Sequence record: DRR723986_9330
Strand: one strand, 5' to 3'
DNA: 58,511 nt
In this document: one piece after another, positions 30,001 to 38,408 of the stretch
Layout of the letters: every line of letters starts with the position of its first letter
How positions within the stretch are numbered: the first letter of the stretch is position 1
The notes under the pieces: model-generated
Databases searched by the model: none
Told to the model about the DNA's origin: nothing
What the model saw: only the letters and a program-made list of their open reading frames with translations
Position numbers and translations under genes: made by a program

Positions 30001-32269
30001 TAATTTTATTGAGGCAAAAACGGCATATCAAGATGCGTTGGATATTAAATCTTCTGAACAGTACCCGAAAGATCAAATTGCGAAATGTGATGAAAGCCTT
30101 AAAAATCAAGCCAATGATGAAATAGAAAAGCAGTATCAAAAAATTCTAACAGTAGCTCAAAAGAAAATGGACGAAGAGGACTTTGATAAAGCCATTGAAT
30201 TGTTTACGAGAGCAAAGGATATGAAGCCGTCTGATCCTTTACCACAACAAAGAATAGATGAAATCAATCAATTGCTAGCCGATAGAGCATCTGAAGCAGA
30301 TAAGAAAAAGAAATATGATGCCTTAATTCAAGAAGCAGATAACTTATTTGAAAGTAAGAAATGGAAGCCGGCATTGGAAAAGTACTTGAGTGCTCTTGAT
30401 ATAATTTCAACAGAACAGTATCCGAAAGATCAAGTAGCGAAGTGTAGAGAAGGGATGAAAAAGGGACCTGGCGGAAATGCGCAGTATGACAAATTGATTA
30501 AGAAAGCGGATGAATATTTTGATGCAGCTAATTATCCTAAAGCTAAAAACCTTTACGAAAGAGCGCTCACGATTAAACCATCAGATCCTTACCCTAAGCA
30601 AAGATTAAAAGAGATTAACGATATTCTTAATCCTCCAAAGAATCATATTGCAAGTTCAGATGGTTTAAAAGACTACGGGCCACCAGTGAATGAAAGACCA
30701 GTGGATATTGAAGCCATGTTAATTGAAGCAGAAGAGCAATCTAGATACTATGAGTATCAAAAAATATTTGATAAACGACAAGAAGCTGAAGATGCCAAAG
30801 ATGAATGGGCACATGCAGGAAGAGAAGAAAATTTTGTTGCCAATGATCATGTTGAAGTCTTGCAAATAAACTCTGAAGATTTGGCCGTAACTGGAGACGA
30901 AGGCAGATCGCAAGTGGTATTGGATACAGAAGAATTGCAAGTTGAATTGGCCGAACGAAAGTATGAAAACTCAGGTGATCAAAATAATGATATTCAATTT
31001 CAAAACAAAAAAGCGGAGGCCATGAGTATTGAAATTGAAGAAAGTAACTTTGATAATGACGTCCCAAGAGAAGAGTATTTGCTTGATGTAGAGCGAATCA
31101 AAATAGAGAATAGAAACGCAATTTCAACGGATTCAGAAACTCAAGAGAATGTTAACCAGAACGATAAATTTAACATTGAGGTATTAGAAGAAACCCATGT
31201 AACTCAAGACCCAGGAACTGACGTGAAAAGACAAAATTTCTTAGTTGATGTTGAAGATCAACAAGTCAGTAATATTAATTATCGTAACGAGAATATCTGG
31301 GATCAAGAGGATGAGGTAATGAATACAAAAGTAGAGACTGAATTGATGACTGATGATATCATTGCGAATAAATTGGGGGATGATATTCCGAGAGAAGATA
31401 ACATTGTCTTGGCGGAGGAAATACACCTCTCTTATGTTGAACGTGATAAAGCGAATGGCGAATCTCAATATGATGAGAACATGGGGTCTACTAAGTATGC
31501 TGAAAACATGTCAATCACAATTGAGCAAGAAAATTTTGATAATGACAAACCAAGAGAAGATTCAGAAGTTTTTGTTGAAGAACAGACTGTTGGATTGATA
31601 GAAGTTAATACTGTTCAAACGACTAATCAAACTGACGATATAATGGATAAAAATGCTGAGATAGAGGATATAGAAATTGATATTGAAGAGCATAATGATG
31701 AGATGAATAAAGATCGTCAAGGATTTGAAAAGAAATTGCAAGAAGTTGAAAACGAGATTACTGATTACAATGGCAATCTTGCTGATGAAAATAAAGAAAA
31801 TAGTTTCGATACGAAGAATTACACCGAAACTATGGATGATAAGAAAACGGAGTTAGATACCAAGGCAAATAATGATGCTGATAAAAATGCAGATGCTAAT
31901 CTTGACGCTATTGAAGATCACATTGAACACGTAAACGATAAGGCCGAGATTAACAATGAAAGTCTCGAAAATGGAGAAGACTATATAGAAACGTTGAAAG
32001 ACATTAAGCTAAATGAAATTACTCCTGAAATGGAGAACGAACTGGGACAAAAATTCCCAGAGGGGGTAACGGAAGAGAGCTTTTCAGTTAACGATTCTAA
32101 TGGTTTGTTGAAAGCCTATATTGTAAGAAGAGTAGTTGTTAGGAATGGCGCAGGAAAAGTTTACGAGAAAACCCAAACAAGATACGGACACACTTCATAT
32201 ACGCGAAATGGTGAACCAATCAGCGAGTATCAATGGAGTGATGAAACAAGTGGTCTCAATAGAAATTAA
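27080..32269 (+). CDS. Giant exported helical-repeat protein: N-terminal beta domain, 17 TPR-like units, 54-aa acidic repeats, small C-terminal domain
   Basis: Signal peptide; repeated KY..LI..AD..F....Y..A...Y..AL.IKP.E.YP..KI.EI; D/E/N-rich periodic region; C-terminal KFPEGVTEE..RRVVV..YTRNG. Confidence 0.85.
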   Translation: MMRLLTLAILLIFSGLALAQDPVISLDVSTKDDDSGKKLPGSTVEVYKDGSLFVTKQSASNGRVPPIDLPLGSMYKIIIKKEGYVAKVATLDGRFDYPEDLPPFVPFPIQTSLFRQVEGVDFKWLETTPMIKFELDQYGNQTWDKAYTNGMLKKIEDLKKEMAEKAEEDAKKQADFDAYVKTADAALSKQDYEKAIENYDKALEIFSDKTDVKKKRDDAQKAWDELKANEETEKKFQEKMAAAKDKYSAKSYKEALDLYKEASGIKPSEALPKTRIAEIEKILADEKANEDKFNKFVADGDKAMTTESFDDAISNYESALAVKDDAGVKAKLEDAKKKKQEKADAEAADKEKEEKYNKLIADADKGFAAKSYEEAKAKYQEALDLKPGESHPSARLSEIDEILKKLKADEDAAKKLEEDYKKLIEEGDASFSSENWQTAIDKYEEALKLKAGESHPTSQIAAAKKKLEEDAANKAKDEEYNKLMADASSLKDSKKYEEAIAKYKEALKVKPKETEPGTKIAEIEKILNELAGEKEKEEKYQKHMADGNSAQSSDNLEKALADYKSALGVKEGDAEAQKKIDEVNKLIKEKADAEANEKKFNDLVAAGDKDFAAKSYTDAKVNYQKALDIKEDQSIKDKIAQIDELIAKNQDAAEQQAKYDAAIKKADEAYNGKNWEEALKNYEEAYAVKDESYAKERIAAVKEKIAAEADAEAQAKQFSDLVADGDQLSADKKYNEAIKKYSEAIKIKPDPAVSKKIVDLEELIKKEGENNAVLAQYQAKIKEADAAFNSNSWESAKTLYADAIDIKSDEEYPKNQLAEIERKMKEESENEVEKQYQKILTVAQKKMDEEDYDKAIELYTRAKDMKPSDPLPQQKIDEIEAIKKQKADELANKEAFEQKYKDLIAAADGDFASQSYDDAIAKYKEALTMKPAESYPQTKLDEINNILNSQSAEAELEAKYKAALKKADDLYASDNFIEAKTAYQDALDIKSSEQYPKDQIAKCDESLKNQANDEIEKQYQKILTVAQKKMDEEDFDKAIELFTRAKDMKPSDPLPQQRIDEINQLLADRASEADKKKKYDALIQEADNLFESKKWKPALEKYLSALDIISTEQYPKDQVAKCREGMKKGPGGNAQYDKLIKKADEYFDAANYPKAKNLYERALTIKPSDPYPKQRLKEINDILNPPKNHIASSDGLKDYGPPVNERPVDIEAMLIEAEEQSRYYEYQKIFDKRQEAEDAKDEWAHAGREENFVANDHVEVLQINSEDLAVTGDEGRSQVVLDTEELQVELAERKYENSGDQNNDIQFQNKKAEAMSIEIEESNFDNDVPREEYLLDVERIKIENRNAISTDSETQENVNQNDKFNIEVLEETHVTQDPGTDVKRQNFLVDVEDQQVSNINYRNENIWDQEDEVMNTKVETELMTDDIIANKLGDDIPREDNIVLAEEIHLSYVERDKANGESQYDENMGSTKYAENMSITIEQENFDNDKPREDSEVFVEEQTVGLIEVNTVQTTNQTDDIMDKNAEIEDIEIDIEEHNDEMNKDRQGFEKKLQEVENEITDYNGNLADENKENSFDTKNYTETMDDKKTELDTKANNDADKNADANLDAIEDHIEHVNDKAEINNESLENGEDYIETLKDIKLNEITPEMENELGQKFPEGVTEESFSVNDSNGLLKAYIVRRVVVRNGAGKVYEKTQTRYGHTSYTRNGEPISEYQWSDETSGLNRN

Positions 32270-32274
32270 TCTGA

Positions 32275-33354
32275 ATGAAACATTTTCTTTGGTTAATCAG
32301 CTTGGCCTTGCTCTTAGGCTGTAACCAACCAACACCTGAAAACACAGAAGAACTAGAGGTTCAGGAAAAATCAATCGAGTTTTTTGGAAACACACAGGGT
32401 ACGACATACTCTGTAATTGTAAATGATAATATCTCCTTAACTTCGAATGAAATTGATAGCTTATTAATCGATTTCGATATCGCCTTATCTGGATATATTC
32501 CGAATTCAACCATTACTCATTTAAATGAAGCTGGCCCTGGACTATTTGAGTATTCTGATACCGCAGACTATTTTAATAGATGTTATCAATTATCGCAGGA
32601 AATTTATCATGCAACAAATGGTGCTTTTGATCCTACTGTGTTCCCTTTGGTTAAAGGGTGGGGGTTTTTAAAAAATGTAGGTCAAGAGGTTCCAGATTCT
32701 ACAAGGGTCGACTCTCTCAGGGCATTGACTGGATTTAATAATGGCTATCATTTTAACTTTGTGTTGACTGATGATTCGTTGCCAGCCAATAAAATTGTAA
32801 AGAACACGCCTGCAGCCAAGCTTGATTTTAATGCCATAGCGCAAGGACTTGCGGTTGATGTTTTGGCAGAATTTATAGAGTCTAAAGGTGGTAAAAATTA
32901 CTTTGTTGAAATTGGTGGAGAAATTAGAGTGAATGGTAAAAATGCCGAGGGTGAATTTTGGAGAATTGGAATTGACAAACCCATTGAAGATTCAAATGCA
33001 GAAGACCGCGTTATCTATGAAATTGTACAAGTAGAGAATAAAAGTATTGCTACATCCGGCTCTTACCGCAAGTTCTATGAGCAAAATGGCGTGAAGTACT
33101 CGCACACCCTCAACCCAAAAACCGGATACCCCGTTCAACATTCATTGCTTAGTGCTACCGTAATTGCAGACGATTGTGCAACTGCAGACGCCATGGCCAC
33201 AGCTCTAATGGTTATGGGCCCTGATAAAGGCATTCAATTCGTCAATGATCATCCTGAATTAAAAATTGAAGCCTATTTGATTTTTAATAACGATAAAGAT
33301 CGTCTCGAAACCTATTATACTAAAGGGTTTAAAGAATTGATTTACGAAGATTAA
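32275..33354 (+). CDS. apbE: FAD:protein FMN transferase (ApbE), lipoprotein
   Basis: Lipobox LLGC; GTTY, GAFDPTV, DFNAIAQG, EIGGE, ATSG, SHTLNPKTG, ADAMATA. Confidence 0.93.
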   Translation: MKHFLWLISLALLLGCNQPTPENTEELEVQEKSIEFFGNTQGTTYSVIVNDNISLTSNEIDSLLIDFDIALSGYIPNSTITHLNEAGPGLFEYSDTADYFNRCYQLSQEIYHATNGAFDPTVFPLVKGWGFLKNVGQEVPDSTRVDSLRALTGFNNGYHFNFVLTDDSLPANKIVKNTPAAKLDFNAIAQGLAVDVLAEFIESKGGKNYFVEIGGEIRVNGKNAEGEFWRIGIDKPIEDSNAEDRVIYEIVQVENKSIATSGSYRKFYEQNGVKYSHTLNPKTGYPVQHSLLSATVIADDCATADAMATALMVMGPDKGIQFVNDHPELKIEAYLIFNNDKDRLETYYTKGFKELIYED

Positions 33355-33869
33355 ATAAGTGGTAAATAACGTTCTTGCAATACGTTAAAATGATGGATAG
33401 GATGTCCAATTAAAACAAATCCCATTGCCAACACTGATATTTCTTGCCCATTTGCAGTCCCTGTTCTCATCAACTCTTCATCAGAGAAATTAGAAAATAA
33501 CGAAACGCTTGAGGCCCTGACAATTCTATAATCATCCATTAATTTTTCTAAAGGAATTTGATTTGACCTGGCCGTTAATGCATAATCATCTTCATTGTAA
33601 CCGGGTAACTCGGTGCTATCCAATCTGGCAAATCTCAATGATCGACTCTGGAAAATCCGCTCTGTATCAATCAAATGCTCTAGCATTTGATTGGCGCTCC
33701 ATTTACCCTGTGCATAGGTTTTAAGCCCCAAGCTTTTAATGATTCCAAAACTATTGTCAAACAATTCAATTCCACCTTTAGGTAACTGATCCATTAAATC
33801 AGAATCATCTGCCAGATTGATGTATTTTTTATAGTATTCTGGTACAATTTGAATGTCAGATTTTTTCAT
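33351..33869 (-). CDS. DinB family protein
   Basis: YA.GKWS..Q.LEHLIDTERIF..R.LRFAR, GH..HH. Confidence 0.88.
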   Translation of the reverse strand: MKKSDIQIVPEYYKKYINLADDSDLMDQLPKGGIELFDNSFGIIKSLGLKTYAQGKWSANQMLEHLIDTERIFQSRSLRFARLDSTELPGYNEDDYALTARSNQIPLEKLMDDYRIVRASSVSLFSNFSDEELMRTGTANGQEISVLAMGFVLIGHPIHHFNVLQERYLPLI

Positions 33870-34374
33870 AATCTATTTTGGTTAGAAGATATTTGTAGTC
33901 CCAACAATTGTCAGTTTCATTCCAAACTTTATCGGTTCTGTTCATGAACTTGTCCAACAATTTTACCGAAGCGGTATTCGATACATCTGCCTCAGCCCAA
34001 ACCGATTCAAGGTTTAAATGTTCAAAAGCATATTGAAGGAGTCCGGCGGTTAATTCAGACCCAAATTTTTGATTCCAGAACTTTTCTCTCAAACGATATC
34101 CAATTTCGTTTCCCTTTTCGTTTTGAATTAAAGCACAAGTCCCAATCATTTCATCTTGAAAATAAACACCCCAAACTGAGAATCCATTTCCTGGTTCGGT
34201 GTATAATCCAATAAGTCTTTTTAAATCGGCCTCACACTCATCAGTAGACATAGCTGGTGAGCCAACATATTGCATCACGTTTTGGTTAGATTGAAGATCA
34301 ATAAAATCGTTTAGGTCTTTTAAAACTAAGAATCGAATCTTCAACCTTTCGGTTACAAATATATCAGGGCTCAT
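33856..34374 (-). CDS. GNAT N-acetyltransferase (RimJ/RimL type)
   Basis: TERLKIR, EIGYRL...FW..KFGSE, N.AS.KLL; start ATG 34374. Confidence 0.85.
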   Translation of the reverse strand: MSPDIFVTERLKIRFLVLKDLNDFIDLQSNQNVMQYVGSPAMSTDECEADLKRLIGLYTEPGNGFSVWGVYFQDEMIGTCALIQNEKGNEIGYRLREKFWNQKFGSELTAGLLQYAFEHLNLESVWAEADVSNTASVKLLDKFMNRTDKVWNETDNCWDYKYLLTKIDYEKI

Positions 34375-35005
34375 AAGGTTCGCATTCTTTTGCCGGAATT
34401 GTATTATAGAAATCTTCACGCATATAGAACCGATTATTGAATTCCATAATTGGTCCAAAATCTGGATTTTCTGTAATTGTTAAATAAATAGCGTCTAATG
34501 CCATATCTGTACCCCATGTTCCATTGGCAGATTCAAGTGATCGCGTGGTTAGGCGCAATTCTTTATCCGCAGGGGACACAAAGACATCTTCAACCAAATA
34601 AGGGAATAGATCTTGAGAATTATGTTCGAAAACGGGTTCGAAATTATTGTAATATTCAGTTAGTGTTTCAGAGCCGCTAATTAGGAAGTTAATAGACCCA
34701 TTATAATCGTAATCGCAAGTTTGTTGAAATCCATCTTCTATCTTTTCGCAATGAACAAATCGAAAACTCTCGCCAAGATAATTATGTACACCTATTCGTC
34801 CCAAAACCTCAATCATTTCTTCCCTGCTCTCTAACATTCCTGAAGTATTGAAAACTCCTTCAAACAGGACTTCTGAAGTTGCTTCGTTAGTTTCAGTAAC
34901 TTGTTCCGTTGAGTCTACTTCCAATTCAGGATTATCAATTTCTTCAGAACCGGACCCACAAGAAAACAGGCTAAAAGCGGTTATTAAAACAACTATTTTA
35001 TTCAA
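34364..35005 (-). CDS. Hypothetical lipoprotein
   Basis: Lipobox LFSC followed by an acidic linker; probable TTG start at 35005. Confidence 0.7.
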   Translation of the reverse strand: MNKIVVLITAFSLFSCGSGSEEIDNPELEVDSTEQVTETNEATSEVLFEGVFNTSGMLESREEMIEVLGRIGVHNYLGESFRFVHCEKIEDGFQQTCDYDYNGSINFLISGSETLTEYYNNFEPVFEHNSQDLFPYLVEDVFVSPADKELRLTTRSLESANGTWGTDMALDAIYLTITENPDFGPIMEFNNRFYMREDFYNTIPAKECEPYEP

Positions 35006-36158
35006 CTGGTAATACGCGGTCATGTGGTACAATGTGTTTATCTTTAATAGAAGCGGTTTGCTGCCAACCTGTTAGTTGAACAATTTTTCGAAATATATCT
35101 GTGTTTTGATAGATGCCACCAAAAACTGACGCTTGTGGCCCATAAGCTAATACAGGTATTAGTGTTGCCGTGTGAGCGGCATAAGAAAGGTCTTTTGCTC
35201 CTTCGTAAAATTTGGGCTCAATTTCATTGTGTACCCATTTATTGTCTTTTACAGCTGGGGCAAGTGCAAATCCTCCAGTTTCATGATCAGCGGTCACAAT
35301 TACTAAGGTTTCACCGTTTAACTCAGCGAAATCCAATGCAGCTCCAACAGCTTTATCAAAGTCCCGCACTTCCTCTATTATTCCTTGTGCGTTGGCGGCA
35401 TGTCCTTCCCAATCAATTTGCGATCCTTCAACCATTAGAAAAAAGCCATTCGCCGACTGAGATAAATACTTTAAACCAAGATTCGTGGCGTCAACCAAAA
35501 AGTCATCTCTTCCATCAAGTTTTGACGGTAAACCATCTTCAGCTAATAAAAAACCATACTTAGTAGTGATTTTAACTTTCATTGCTGGGTCTAAAAAGGT
35601 TGTGTCCATGACGAAGCCCTTTTTGATAAGCTCTCTATAATAATCAAATCCATCTGATCGTTTATTGAAAAATTTTAAGCCTCCAGCAGCAAAAAAATCC
35701 ACTCCAGATCTTGGTAATACCCTTGCAATTTCATCTTGCATAGAACGTGATGGCGCGTGTGAATAAAAACAAGCAGGAGTTGCATGAGTGATACTAGATG
35801 TCGCAATCAACCCAGATTTTACTCCAAAAGCTTCAATAATTTCAATTAAGGTGGGAATGTTTGCACCAGCCGTATCGATACTAATGGCACCATTGTATGA
35901 TTTTCTACCCGTTGCAAATGCAGTAGCACCGGCTGCAGAATCAGTGATTTTTTGTTTTGCTGAAGAGGTGTTGATTAATCCAACTACAGGGAAACGACTA
36001 AAATTTGGACGTTTTTCAGGATTATCAAAATAATAAGCCGTGGACATTTGACTTAGGCCCATGCCATCTCCAATTAATAGAATAACGTTTTTTACTTTTT
36101 TTTCTTGGCTGAATCCTAAAAATGGAACCAACAGTAGCGCTAATGCAATTTTCTTCAT
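34998..36158 (-). CDS. Alkaline phosphatase (PhoA family)
   Basis: LLIGDGMG, TDSAAGATA (Ser nucleophile), HATPA, EGSQIDWEGH, TADHETGG. Confidence 0.93.
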   Translation of the reverse strand: MKKIALALLLVPFLGFSQEKKVKNVILLIGDGMGLSQMSTAYYFDNPEKRPNFSRFPVVGLINTSSAKQKITDSAAGATAFATGRKSYNGAISIDTAGANIPTLIEIIEAFGVKSGLIATSSITHATPACFYSHAPSRSMQDEIARVLPRSGVDFFAAGGLKFFNKRSDGFDYYRELIKKGFVMDTTFLDPAMKVKITTKYGFLLAEDGLPSKLDGRDDFLVDATNLGLKYLSQSANGFFLMVEGSQIDWEGHAANAQGIIEEVRDFDKAVGAALDFAELNGETLVIVTADHETGGFALAPAVKDNKWVHNEIEPKFYEGAKDLSYAAHTATLIPVLAYGPQASVFGGIYQNTDIFRKIVQLTGWQQTASIKDKHIVPHDRVLPVE

Positions 36159-36210
36159 GATCTGATTTGTAAACTTGACCTAAAGATAAGGATTTAATCT
36201 GTTCAAATCA

Positions 36211-36972
36211 TCAGCATCCGTAGCTATACCACATCTTGAAATAATGATTACTCACTGTGCCGTCTGCAGCTGTTTTTACTATTTTAAACATGGCAAAATC
36301 TACCCAATAAACGCAAAATTTATTATCGATAAAAAAGGAGGCATTTGATCCGCCAATTTCTCCGTCTATATGTCTTGTGGTGTCTGTAAAATCATGATTT
36401 TGTTTGAGTCTTTGCTCAAAAAAAGCTTCTCCAGTATGAACCCAAGGTAGTCGGTATATTCCTGCTGAATCTCTGACCTTATAATATTCTGAACGGATAT
36501 TCATTATTATACGTTCTTTCTCCCATTTTTCCCAATCAAAATTCGGTTGATCATGAATGCGATAATCATATTGCTCTTCTATTCGTTGCTGAACCGACAT
36601 ATAAAGTTCGAATCGATCAGTGGGGTCTTGACCTTCAATCCACATATTTCTTCCTTCAAGATAGTAACCTACGTCCTCAGATATTGTTAAGGTGTCTTTT
36701 TCTTCCATTCTCCACATTTCACCAGCTATTTTAAAGGTGAAATTAGAGAAGCGAAGTTTGGTAAGTCCAGGTTCTTGATAATCGAAACGGTGTTGCTCCC
36801 AATCGTAACTCCAGAAAGGGATTTCATAGGGATGATGATTGACAGAGTCTATGTACTGAGCTCTCGGCATTAACGGAGATTCGTCAGCTTTTAATTGTAA
36901 ACCGCTATTGTTGTTCTGAGCTTTATGACAGCTCAATAAAAAGAAAAAGAGTAGAATGGGAAGATGTTTCAT
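36211..36972 (-). CDS. Hypothetical lipoprotein
   Basis: Lipobox LLSC; ends YSYGC. Confidence 0.72.
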   Translation of the reverse strand: MKHLPILLFFFLLSCHKAQNNNSGLQLKADESPLMPRAQYIDSVNHHPYEIPFWSYDWEQHRFDYQEPGLTKLRFSNFTFKIAGEMWRMEEKDTLTISEDVGYYLEGRNMWIEGQDPTDRFELYMSVQQRIEEQYDYRIHDQPNFDWEKWEKERIIMNIRSEYYKVRDSAGIYRLPWVHTGEAFFEQRLKQNHDFTDTTRHIDGEIGGSNASFFIDNKFCVYWVDFAMFKIVKTAADGTVSNHYFKMWYSYGC

Positions 36973-37056
36973 AACCTAAATGTAGTCCATGATTCCATCT
37001 TCTAAAACAGTCAATTATTATTTGACTTGAGCTAAGGATTAACCGTGCTTATAAAT

Positions 37057-37827
37057 TTATTCCTGCCTAAAGTGATCTTGTGGATTTTTGAAAGAATACC
37101 AAAGTGTTCCTGTGCCATAATTTCCGCATTCGTCCATTGGTTTAAATCTTACTTCATAGCTCAGTCCTGAAGAATAAGTGAAAGGTCCTGAACACATGCC
37201 ATGACCAAGAATGATCATCCCATTTTTATCGTAAGGAACGAGGTAGCTATTGATTTTCCCTGATTTTACATTTTTAACTTCAGCAAAAATTAGGATTTCT
37301 GATTGATCAGAAATGCTTGTTTCAAAGATGGAGTAATTTGCAGGTCCACAACCAAACATAATCATGGTGTTTTCTTTATGCTTTACTTCTTGATCCCAAG
37401 TTGGAACTTTTTGGTCAGCTTTTTTAGAGACCTTCCAGCTTATTTTTTCATATTTCTTTGAAACTGAGTTGTACCTCGTTAAAACCTCAGTGCTTGAATT
37501 GCCTTTTTCATCCTCTATTTTTAATTCATAAATTTCCCCTAGAGTTAGAGGGTTTTCCGGCTTCAAAAGAACTTTATATAAATCCATCATTCCTTGATAA
37601 CGGTTCAGTATATTCAGTTTGATTTTTTCCGTTTTCGACACCAAATAGGCAGTGTAATTGGAGTCCAAATCTTTGACCATTTCTTGGCTGAAATAATATC
37701 CTTCAATGGTGAAGATTGAATTTTCGTAAATCTCCTCTTGTTCAGGAAAAACAGATATTCCTGAAGCGCCACAGTCCGCTTTGGCCTGAATTGAGGTAAA
37801 AAGAAGAAAGCAATACAGATATTTCAT
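37057..37827 (-). CDS. Secreted hypothetical protein with several Cys
   Basis: Signal peptide ending AKA-DC; FGCGPA, GHGMCSG. Confidence 0.75.
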   Translation of the reverse strand: MKYLYCFLLFTSIQAKADCGASGISVFPEQEEIYENSIFTIEGYYFSQEMVKDLDSNYTAYLVSKTEKIKLNILNRYQGMMDLYKVLLKPENPLTLGEIYELKIEDEKGNSSTEVLTRYNSVSKKYEKISWKVSKKADQKVPTWDQEVKHKENTMIMFGCGPANYSIFETSISDQSEILIFAEVKNVKSGKINSYLVPYDKNGMIILGHGMCSGPFTYSSGLSYEVRFKPMDECGNYGTGTLWYSFKNPQDHFRQE

Positions 37828-37845
37828 GAGTGATTTTTTATTCTG

Positions 37846-37870
37846 TACAATTAATCACCCTTTGGGTTCA
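37846..37870 (-). promoter_or_regulatory. Third putative ECF promoter (TGAACC-N15-TGTA)
   Basis: Minus strand TGAACC-CAAAGGGTGATTAAT-TGTA, ending 18 nt before ATG 37827; its TGA is the stop codon of the upstream yfiT-like gene. Confidence 0.55.
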
Positions 37871-38407
37871 ATCAAATTTGCCTTTAAACTTTAAGGCTTG
37901 TTGGATATGTGCAAGATGATGTGCTGAATGCCAAGAATAGTTGCCTATGGTATAGGCCAAGTTGAATTGTTTCCCGTGCTCAGGATGAATATAGGTTCTT
38001 TGCAGGTCTTCTGGGCTTAAACTTCTCAGTAATTTACCCAATTTGGCATGTAATCCGGTTAATAAGAGAATTGAATCAGTTAAATCGTTATCCGTGCCAT
38101 CAACCAATTCAGCCCACAAATGTTCTGTATAAGGTTTAATGGTCGGATTATCTTCTGTTAAGGCCAATTTGAATCGGCAGATGCTGTTGAGGTGGCTATC
38201 TGCGCAGTGATGGACAACCTGTTTTATCGACCAACCTCCTGGACGATAGATCCAATTTTTTTCTTCTGTAGATAAATTAGAGCATATGGCTTTCACATTA
38301 GACGGAAAGTCTTCAATCACCTTTATCCATTCATTAATTTTTGACTGATCGATATCGTGAGGAGGATTATATTTCCCAATTGGGAATTTTAATGCTTCTA
38401 ATTCCAT
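37868..38407 (-). CDS. YfiT/BstA-family metal-dependent thiol transferase (DinB superfamily)
   Basis: LKFPIG, YRPGGWSIKQVVHHCADSH, LALTEDNPTIKPY, YSWHSAHHLAHI. Confidence 0.9.
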   Translation of the reverse strand: MELEALKFPIGKYNPPHDIDQSKINEWIKVIEDFPSNVKAICSNLSTEEKNWIYRPGGWSIKQVVHHCADSHLNSICRFKLALTEDNPTIKPYTEHLWAELVDGTDNDLTDSILLLTGLHAKLGKLLRSLSPEDLQRTYIHPEHGKQFNLAYTIGNYSWHSAHHLAHIQQALKFKGKFD

Positions 38408-38408
38408 C

